From a virus (taxonomy: Duplodnaviria; Caudoviricetes), in IMG/VR virus record IMGVR_UViG_3300017978_000035, positions 1-50,708 of that record: a stretch of 50,708 nt of DNA; one strand, given 5' to 3'. The notes below the pieces were generated by a model that saw only the letters and a program-made list of their open reading frames with translations, made no database searches and was not told the origin of the DNA. The translations under genes were made by a program, and so were the position numbers. Shown one piece after another: positions 44,470-50,708 of this stretch; the first letter of the stretch is position 1; every line of letters starts with the position of its first letter.

Positions 44470-45485
44470 TCATTAAACCAACAGAGAAGTGCAACTTCAA
44501 ATGCACATTCTGCTCCAGCACTAAAATCACAGACGATAAGACTGCGGAGCTAGACCATCAGTACATTTACGATTTCTTGACGAGATTCCCAGAAACGAGA
44601 ACTATCATTGTGAACGGTGGCGATCCTCTCATGATGCCCGTTGACTACTATTGGGAGATAATCAATTGGTTAGATGAACACGACTACGACACAACGATAA
44701 GTTTCACGTCTAACCTATACCCGTTCTACAAGAACCCTCAAAAGTGGAAAGAACTTTTCAAGAACAAGCGTATGGGCATCACCACTTCATTCCAGTATGG
44801 TGGTGGTAGGCTCAAGGGAGATTTAACTGAGTTCACTGAAGAAGACTTCTGGAAAGTTTCAGACGCTATGCTGGAACACGTTGGGTATCGTCCAGACTTC
44901 ATTTCAGTAATCACTGATGAGAACCAACACGATGCAATCAAGAACGTAGAACTAGCGAAGAAGATGGGTGTTGAGTGTAAGCTGAACTACGCTATGTCTT
45001 CTGGACCACCTGTTATGTTCAAAGGCATTCGCATGGGGCAAGAAGGTAGCCCATATCTACTTGCTAACATGTACGAGATCTACGTTGAAATTTGGAAACG
45101 TGGTTTAGCTCCATGGGAGTTTAACACTAAGCAGATGATGAAACGATTGTCTGGTGGTTCAACTTGCTGTCCGCAAAACAGAGAGTGTGACGCAGGTATC
45201 AGAACATTGCAACCATCTGGAGACTACTACTCGTGTGGAGCATTCGGAGATGATAGGTTGTATCCGATAGACTTCAAAGCAGAGATGTCTGGTGCAATCA
45301 TAAGACCACTGAAACACGAATTCGAATTGCAGACTATGACCAACGACTGTTATGGGTGTCCAATGTTTGACATATGTAATGGATGCCGCAAGACAATCAA
45401 AGACCACAAAGACTATGGGTTAACTGAGACTCACTGTCGTAAGATGAAGACTCTAGCCAATGACATTATCAAATCTAACCAATAA
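44460..45485 (+). CDS. Radical SAM/SPASM protein 3
   Basis: IIKPTEKCNFKCTFC, GGDPL, TSN, C-terminal CC....C..(SC)..CYGC.....CNGC...C. Confidence 0.92.
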   Translation: MDLIIKPTEKCNFKCTFCSSTKITDDKTAELDHQYIYDFLTRFPETRTIIVNGGDPLMMPVDYYWEIINWLDEHDYDTTISFTSNLYPFYKNPQKWKELFKNKRMGITTSFQYGGGRLKGDLTEFTEEDFWKVSDAMLEHVGYRPDFISVITDENQHDAIKNVELAKKMGVECKLNYAMSSGPPVMFKGIRMGQEGSPYLLANMYEIYVEIWKRGLAPWEFNTKQMMKRLSGGSTCCPQNRECDAGIRTLQPSGDYYSCGAFGDDRLYPIDFKAEMSGAIIRPLKHEFELQTMTNDCYGCPMFDICNGCRKTIKDHKDYGLTETHCRKMKTLANDIIKSNQ

Positions 45486-45978
45486 AGGATACCACTGCCT
45501 TAGAGATGAGGCATCATTCCAATTCATCGACATCAACGAAGTTGAGTGGAGTGATAGAGGAACGATACCATTGCAGATGGTTAAGCGAACCGAAGATGTA
45601 GAGTTAGCTCTGGCTATCACGCAGAAGTATTTGGGTGAGAAGTATGTCCGACCATTGTTCGGAGACTATCACAGAGACTACTGCGATCTGGTAAACGGTA
45701 TGGACGAGAACGTCTATGAGTGGCACAACGACTTCGAACAAGACAAAGTCAACCTTGGGATCCTCTTATACTTCAGCGACACAGACGAAGACATTGGTAG
45801 CGGTATCGGTTTCAGAGATCCGATAAGTAAGTTAGAGCATGCGTTTTTCTACCCAAAGGCAGGAGACGTTTGCATTTTAAATCACACTACTAAATTCGAG
45901 CACAGAGTGACTGAGCAGAAGATTCCTCTACCGAGGATCGTTGCCAGTTTCCATTATTATGTTGACAATCTCAATTAA
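45460..45978 (+). CDS. Fe(II)/2OG oxygenase
   Basis: WHND, LLYF, P.AGD, HRV, R.V. Confidence 0.82.
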   Translation: MTLSNLTNKGYHCLRDEASFQFIDINEVEWSDRGTIPLQMVKRTEDVELALAITQKYLGEKYVRPLFGDYHRDYCDLVNGMDENVYEWHNDFEQDKVNLGILLYFSDTDEDIGSGIGFRDPISKLEHAFFYPKAGDVCILNHTTKFEHRVTEQKIPLPRIVASFHYYVDNLN

Positions 45979-46882
45979 CCCTTGGTATTACTGTAACTTC
46001 CATTGCGAGTTCTGCTACCTAACCAAGGAACAACTAGACGACAAGAAACTTCTACCACTGACGCGATTGAATGAGATGCTAAGTGAGATCTCGTCCTTCG
46101 ATGAAATAGGGATGGTAGACTTGTATGGCGGAGAGTTGGGAATACTCCCTGAAGACTACTGGAACGATATGATTGACTTGCTCAACTCGTATGGTATCCA
46201 AGACATCAATCTGATAACAAACCTGTCAATGGTGAACGATATCACCAAAGACGAACGAGTAACAACATCGGTTAGTTATGACTTCAAAGCCAGAGAGGAT
46301 TCTCATAGAGTCTTCAGAAATATGGCTCTGCTCGGCAAGCCATTCTCTGTTCTAATGCTGGCTTCTCCAGCTGTCGTTATGCAAGACGTTGACGAGATGG
46401 TTGGTATGTTTAACATGCTTGAAAATCTGGTCTCTGTGGAGATTAAACCTTACAGCAAGAACCAAGCCAACCAATTCAATGTAACCTACTCTGACTATGA
46501 GAAGTTCGTCAAGAAATGGATCGAGAATCCCAACAAGAAGTTTGAGTTGGTCAACGAACACCTACTTGATACGGTGTTAAATAAAACTAGGAATGCCTTC
46601 TCTGACGACCACATTTACATCACACCGAATGGTAAGTATGGAGTCTTAGAGTTTGACTTGAACGATAACGAGTTTTTCTTAGAGTACGAAACCTACGAAG
46701 AATATTTGGTATGGTGTGAGACTGAACGTAAGAGAGTTTCGCGCAATGCGTTCTGCAGTAAGTGTGAGTATTTCGGTAACTGTTTATCTGAACACTTGAG
46801 AAAAGTGGATTCGCTAGAGAATAGTTGTAATGGCTTTAAGCATCTGATTGATTGGTATAAGAATGGAAGACTGGAAAGTTAG
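45959..46882 (+). CDS. Radical SAM protein 4 with partial SPASM
   Basis: CNFHCEFC, YGGE, ITN, C-terminal CSKC.....CLSEH......C; start at Met 45959. Confidence 0.88.
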   Translation: MLTISINPWYYCNFHCEFCYLTKEQLDDKKLLPLTRLNEMLSEISSFDEIGMVDLYGGELGILPEDYWNDMIDLLNSYGIQDINLITNLSMVNDITKDERVTTSVSYDFKAREDSHRVFRNMALLGKPFSVLMLASPAVVMQDVDEMVGMFNMLENLVSVEIKPYSKNQANQFNVTYSDYEKFVKKWIENPNKKFELVNEHLLDTVLNKTRNAFSDDHIYITPNGKYGVLEFDLNDNEFFLEYETYEEYLVWCETERKRVSRNAFCSKCEYFGNCLSEHLRKVDSLENSCNGFKHLIDWYKNGRLES

Positions 46883-47258
46883 GCAAGAGATCTATCATCG
46901 AATGAACCCGATTCATTCTGACGATCTAAACAACTTTGACATTGAGATGACTGACGAGGTTGTTAAATATGCTGTGGAGTATTTCAACTCGAGAGACTTG
47001 GGATGGGTGTATCCTTCTAAGTCTTACATGGTCGGTATCTGCTATGCTCGATTCTTGGCTGAACACTTTGGTGGACGTCCACTTGAGTATCTCGAGGATC
47101 CTGAATTGCTTTATGGAAACGATCCATACTTTGTGGAATACAGTAGAGACCCGAAGACTTACCATCAGATTCTTATAAGGACTGGGTGGGATTTTGATGT
47201 GACTAAAGGTATGGTGCCAGACGTGTACCAATACTTCAAAGAGGAATTCATGATATGA
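46863..47258 (+). CDS. Hypothetical protein
   Basis: Overlap-coupled; Tyr/Asp-rich (YPSKSY, LLYGNDPYF). Confidence 0.7.
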   Translation: MEDWKVRQEIYHRMNPIHSDDLNNFDIEMTDEVVKYAVEYFNSRDLGWVYPSKSYMVGICYARFLAEHFGGRPLEYLEDPELLYGNDPYFVEYSRDPKTYHQILIRTGWDFDVTKGMVPDVYQYFKEEFMI

Positions 47259-47746
47259 TGTTAGAACTTTTTCCAACGCGAGTTGCAATCGAGCAGTTAG
47301 ACGAAGGTCGTGTGTTAGAACTTGCAACTGAGTTCGCGCAGTCTTCAGACAAAAACTGGAAGAACCTTGGCACTCCATTGAATGATATCTTGGAGATGGT
47401 GTCGAAAAACTATGGTGGAGATTATGAGGTTGCTGATGGTTGGGTTCGTTCTGGATACAGCAGCTTTGACATCCATTGCGACAGCCACTACGGGAATCAG
47501 TTCGTCTGTGTAGTTCAACTCTATGGAGAGGAGAATGCAGGAGGAGACTTGGTACTATACGATCCTGCTTGGCGAAACCCACAATATGTATCTGATTCCA
47601 TAAACCCCAACACAGTTGATTATACAGTGAAGTTCAAGGTTGGTCAAGTTATTTTGTTCCCTGCTGATGTGTGGCATAAAGTTACAAACTATACAGGAAG
47701 AATCTCCAGAATCACTCTGAACCTAATGATTAGGAGAAGAGCGTGA
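47255..47746 (+). CDS. Putative Fe(II)/2OG oxygenase (TIGR02466/2OG-FeII_Oxy_5-like)
   Basis: LFPT, W, H.DSH, GGDL.LYDP, G..ILFP...WH.V, RI. Confidence 0.75.
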   Translation: MMLELFPTRVAIEQLDEGRVLELATEFAQSSDKNWKNLGTPLNDILEMVSKNYGGDYEVADGWVRSGYSSFDIHCDSHYGNQFVCVVQLYGEENAGGDLVLYDPAWRNPQYVSDSINPNTVDYTVKFKVGQVILFPADVWHKVTNYTGRISRITLNLMIRRRA

Positions 47747-48318
47747 TCGAGCAACTATGGTCTACTCCGTTCATGAAAGAGAAGGCTCCGACAGAACTTC
47801 TTGAAGAAGTAACCACAAACATCTTAGCTGAGTATGACACCCAGAATACAAGAGGAGAGTTCGGTTCATTCAACATCCTCGAAGTTGAGAACGAGTCTAT
47901 TCAGAGATTCAAGAAAGAGGTTGTGTACCCAACATTCGATAAGTTTCTAAAGGAAACTCTCGGTAAGGGTATCGCTGACTGGAATGGTCATCGAATGAAG
48001 GGATGGGTTGCAAGCTACCACGATGGCTCTAGCCTAGCATACCACAACCATCGAGGTTCACAAATATCTGCCGTGTTCTATCTTTTGTGTGAAGAGAGAA
48101 GTCGCGGTGGATCAATCACGTTCACAGACCCAAGACAGAACGCGAATAGAGGCTACGACGAGTCGTTTTTACCATGGTTCGAACAGGTTAGCCTAACACC
48201 CGAGACTGGAGATATCGTAGTTTTCCCCAGCTTTTTGTACCATTACGTAGCCACATATCAGAGCAATATACGGATTGCAATGCCTGTAGACCTATTTCTC
48301 TACAGTCAGGGATCCTAA
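47743..48318 (+). CDS. Putative Fe(II)/2OG oxygenase (TIGR02466/2OG-FeII_Oxy_5-like)
   Basis: LWSTP, HNH, SAVFYL, GG.I.F.DPR, P..GD.VVFPS.L.H.V, RI. Confidence 0.82.
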   Translation: MIEQLWSTPFMKEKAPTELLEEVTTNILAEYDTQNTRGEFGSFNILEVENESIQRFKKEVVYPTFDKFLKETLGKGIADWNGHRMKGWVASYHDGSSLAYHNHRGSQISAVFYLLCEERSRGGSITFTDPRQNANRGYDESFLPWFEQVSLTPETGDIVVFPSFLYHYVATYQSNIRIAMPVDLFLYSQGS

Positions 48319-48328
48319 ATAATAAATA
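48315..48328 (+). promoter_or_regulatory. Tandem late promoter boxes CTAAATA-ATAAATA
   Basis: At the end of the enzyme cassette, upstream of tail fibre 48367. Confidence 0.7.
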
Positions 48329-48366
48329 ACTTTGCATGACATGTATCAACTAGGAACGATCATAAA

Positions 48367-50091
48367 ATGACGCAAATCACAACAAGAACAACTTCTGGCG
48401 GTGGAGCAACGGTAAAGAATGCCCCGTTGTCTAACACAGAAATTGACAATAACTTTATCAATATCAACATTGATAAGATTGAGCAAACCGATGCGGTTAG
48501 CACGAACACTGCAGATAAGGTCGTTCGAAGAGACAATAACGGAGACTTTGCTGCTGGACAGGTCACAGTCACTAGCGTTAAGACTGGCGCAGTAGTATAC
48601 CCAACGCAAAACGTTACTCAACCAGAACTTAGTGCAGGTACTTCTACAGACACCAAGTACATGTCTTCAGCAGACTTGTATTACGCTGCCCAGACTTCTG
48701 GTCTTAGAGCCAATGCTGAAGTCTCTAAAGACTTGACTGGTTTCGTTGATCGTTCAAGTTCTACTCTGACGTTCAACAGCACAACACGTACGCTGACTAT
48801 TACTCCAGTATCTGCATGTTACATCTATGCTCGTGGTAGAAAAGTTGAGATCACTGGTCCACTATCACATCAAGTACCAAACGCTTCTACTGGAAACTGG
48901 ATTTATGTTGATTTGACAGACCCAGCTAACCCAGTCTTGGCTAGCGAAAGCACTCCAAACTTCTCTGTTGGTCGTGTTTACGTTTCTTACGTACACTGGG
49001 ACTCTATCAACAGCAGAGCAATTTTTGCTGCTGATGAGCGACACACTGCTGCTCGAGACACAACTTGGCACGCATCACACCACAGAGACGTTGGTCTAGT
49101 CTGGCGCAGTGGCGGTATTGCATCATACACATTGAACGATGCAGCCACAACAACATTCACTTTGGCTGACACTACTATTGTTATTGCAGACGAAGATATC
49201 GAACACACAATCGCTCACAGCGCCACACCTTCTGGTTATTTCCAGCAGTGGTTGAATGGTGCTATGAGTTACATCCCAGTCTTGTACTACTCTGGTACAT
49301 CTTGGGTTCAGACTACTGCAACATCATCTCCATTCATACAAGCTACTGGTTCTACTGCTAAGTATAACTTCATCAGTGGTGGTTCTGGTTCTCTTGCTGA
49401 TGCATCAGAAGGTTCGTATATCTCTTACTGGATCGTTGCCACTAACGATATGCTTAACCCAATTAAGTCTATCATGGGTCGAGTTCAGCACTCTAGCGTT
49501 GAAGTTGCATATGGTGAAGAGTTCACTTCTCTTGGTCTGCCGTTTGAAGAAATGGCTCCATTGTGGCACGTAGTTGTTAATACATCTTCTGGATACGCAA
49601 ACGTATACAAGATTACTATCGCTGGTGTTCGCGTTTGCTTGTCTAACAAGTCTCGTAGCGATCTAGGTTTCACTCCAGTGAACCACAGCGGTTTGATGGG
49701 TCTCGCCAACGATGACCACAAGCAATATGTTCACACTAGCGTTGCAAGAACAATCACAGCTGATCACACATTCAGTGGTAACATTAACTTCAGTGGTAAT
49801 GGTTCTGTTAAAGTGCCTATCGGTACTACTGCTCAACGCCCAGCTTCTGGTGTTAGAGGTGGTGACATTCGTTACAACACAACACTTGGTGACTATGAAA
49901 AGTATAACCCAACTTCTTCTAAGTGGGAAACTTGGGGATCAACCAACAACGCATATTTCTACAACGATTCAACTATCGATTCTGATTTAAGTATTCCTAC
50001 AGGTAAGAATGCTATGACGGCTGGACCAGTTACCATAAATAATGGTAAGGTTGTCACTATTCCAGATGGATCTACTTGGACAATCGTTTAA
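48367..50091 (+). CDS. Tail fibre protein
   Basis: K.APLSN.EID.NF anchor, NTA..VV.RD.NGDF.A, H..L.GL..DDH.QY, P.GTTAQRP....G.IRYNTT, C-terminal adaptor domain. Confidence 0.82.
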   Translation: MTQITTRTTSGGGATVKNAPLSNTEIDNNFININIDKIEQTDAVSTNTADKVVRRDNNGDFAAGQVTVTSVKTGAVVYPTQNVTQPELSAGTSTDTKYMSSADLYYAAQTSGLRANAEVSKDLTGFVDRSSSTLTFNSTTRTLTITPVSACYIYARGRKVEITGPLSHQVPNASTGNWIYVDLTDPANPVLASESTPNFSVGRVYVSYVHWDSINSRAIFAADERHTAARDTTWHASHHRDVGLVWRSGGIASYTLNDAATTTFTLADTTIVIADEDIEHTIAHSATPSGYFQQWLNGAMSYIPVLYYSGTSWVQTTATSSPFIQATGSTAKYNFISGGSGSLADASEGSYISYWIVATNDMLNPIKSIMGRVQHSSVEVAYGEEFTSLGLPFEEMAPLWHVVVNTSSGYANVYKITIAGVRVCLSNKSRSDLGFTPVNHSGLMGLANDDHKQYVHTSVARTITADHTFSGNINFSGNGSVKVPIGTTAQRPASGVRGGDIRYNTTLGDYEKYNPTSSKWETWGSTNNAYFYNDSTIDSDLSIPTGKNAMTAGPVTINNGKVVTIPDGSTWTIV

Positions 50092-50104
50092 AGGTTAATA
50101 CAAT

Positions 50105-50632
50105 ATGAGTACAGTTAAAGCTGCTGGGTGGAAAGACCTTAGTGGTAGAACTATCCAAACGCCAGCACAAATTGTGTCTGCGCAAAAGACAGATACTTGG
50201 TACTGTTCAGCAACTGTCTGGACTGACATTCCTGGTCTTTCTGTCACAATCAAACCATTTAACTCACGAAGCGTTGTGTTGGTTCTTGTCAGTGTTCAGT
50301 TATCAGGACATGAACATGGCGGTATTAGGTTAGTCAGAAATGATGTTCCAATTGGTTCTGGGGAAGCTAGAGGTTCTAATCGAACTGCTGCGTTTGACTG
50401 GAACTATGGATATACAGGAGCTAACACATCAGGATATCCTAGAAGACAAAAGGGTGGGCACTGGTTAGACTCCCCAGCAACAACTTCTGAGTGTGTTTAC
50501 ACTGTGCAATATTCTAACCCGTATTCAACAGGTTACTATGCTGGAGTTAATTATAACGCATATGATAACCAAGATTTAAATTGGAATGCTAGATGTGTTT
50601 CTACAATTCATGCAATTGAAATTCAACAGTGA
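50105..50632 (+). CDS. Tail fibre-associated beta-sandwich protein (possible receptor-binding tip)
   Basis: DIPGLSVTI.P....S.VLV, LDSPATTS...Y.VQ, S.I.AIEI motifs common in aquatic-phage tail proteins. Confidence 0.72.
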   Translation: MSTVKAAGWKDLSGRTIQTPAQIVSAQKTDTWYCSATVWTDIPGLSVTIKPFNSRSVVLVLVSVQLSGHEHGGIRLVRNDVPIGSGEARGSNRTAAFDWNYGYTGANTSGYPRRQKGGHWLDSPATTSECVYTVQYSNPYSTGYYAGVNYNAYDNQDLNWNARCVSTIHAIEIQQ

Positions 50633-50640
50633 GATAAATC

Positions 50641-50708
50641 ATGAGCATACTTAAAGCAAACCAGTGGAGAGATTTGAACGACAACGTTATGACGCCATTC
50701 GTTCAAGC
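50641..50708 (+). CDS. 5' fragment of a paralog of 50105-50632 (runs off the window)
   Basis: MSILKANQWRDLNDNVMTPFVQ resembles MSTVKAAGWKDLSGRTIQTPAQ. Confidence 0.6.
   Translation, partial: MSILKANQWRDLNDNVMTPFVQ

Noticed and set aside
44166-46970. Additional TAAATA hexamers inside cassette genes (44166, 44429, 46578, ~46964)
   Set aside because: They lack the C/A-TAAATA context and are compatible with chance in AT-rich coding DNA
46926-47582. 218-aa minus-strand ORF
   Set aside because: Antisense shadow of two well-coupled plus-strand genes; no motif or RBS
36248-48318. Cassette as a DNA base hypermodification or queuosine/7-deazaguanine pathway
   Set aside because: No recognisable QueC/D/E, FolE, DpdA, TET/JBP, thymidylate-synthase or kinase genes; late tail-module location and SPASM domains favour protein substrates; kept as a fallback hypothesis
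18558-50091. 90-nt repeat pair as a diversity-generating retroelement TR/VR
   Set aside because: Differences are mostly synonymous and not adenine-specific, both copies are coding, and no reverse transcriptase is in the window
1-50708. CRISPR arrays, tRNAs, introns/inteins, transposases, stop-codon recoding
   Set aside because: None recognised by eye; core genes are full length under the standard code

Overview
This is a fragment of a large T4-like (Tevenvirinae/cyanophage-like gene set) myophage genome, probably infecting a proteobacterium (inference from the tmRNA tag). 1-6.5 kb holds the coding end of a tmRNA (tag ANDESFRIAA), GroES, a SleB-type hydrolase, ClpP, small accessory genes and gp33-gp59-gp32. 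6.5-11.5 kb is a minus-strand late operon (gp4, gp2, gp54/19-like, gp16, gp26, gp51-like, tape measure). 11.5-36.2 kb is the baseplate/tail module (gp48, gp53, hub, gp5 with GH19 + M15 peptidase domains, PAAR, gp25, gp6, gp7, gp8, VrlC-like giant, tail fibre). The standout is a ~12 kb, tightly overlapped 16-gene cassette (36248-48318) between two tail-fibre genes. It encodes 5 radical SAM enzymes (4 SPASM-type, 1 B12-binding), 6 Fe(II)/2OG/cupin oxygenases and 4 unknown proteins around one 198-aa virion-like protein ending in CHAS-CHTS-CHSS-RGRR. I infer a phage RiPP-like post-translational modification system acting on a tail-associated protein. Other notable signals: a probably permuted phage tmRNA next to ClpP, a compact H-type pseudoknot leader, a candidate -1 frameshift fusing gp26 and gp51 upstream of the tape measure, and apparently leaderless transcripts. 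All family calls are from motif recognition by eye; no searches were run.
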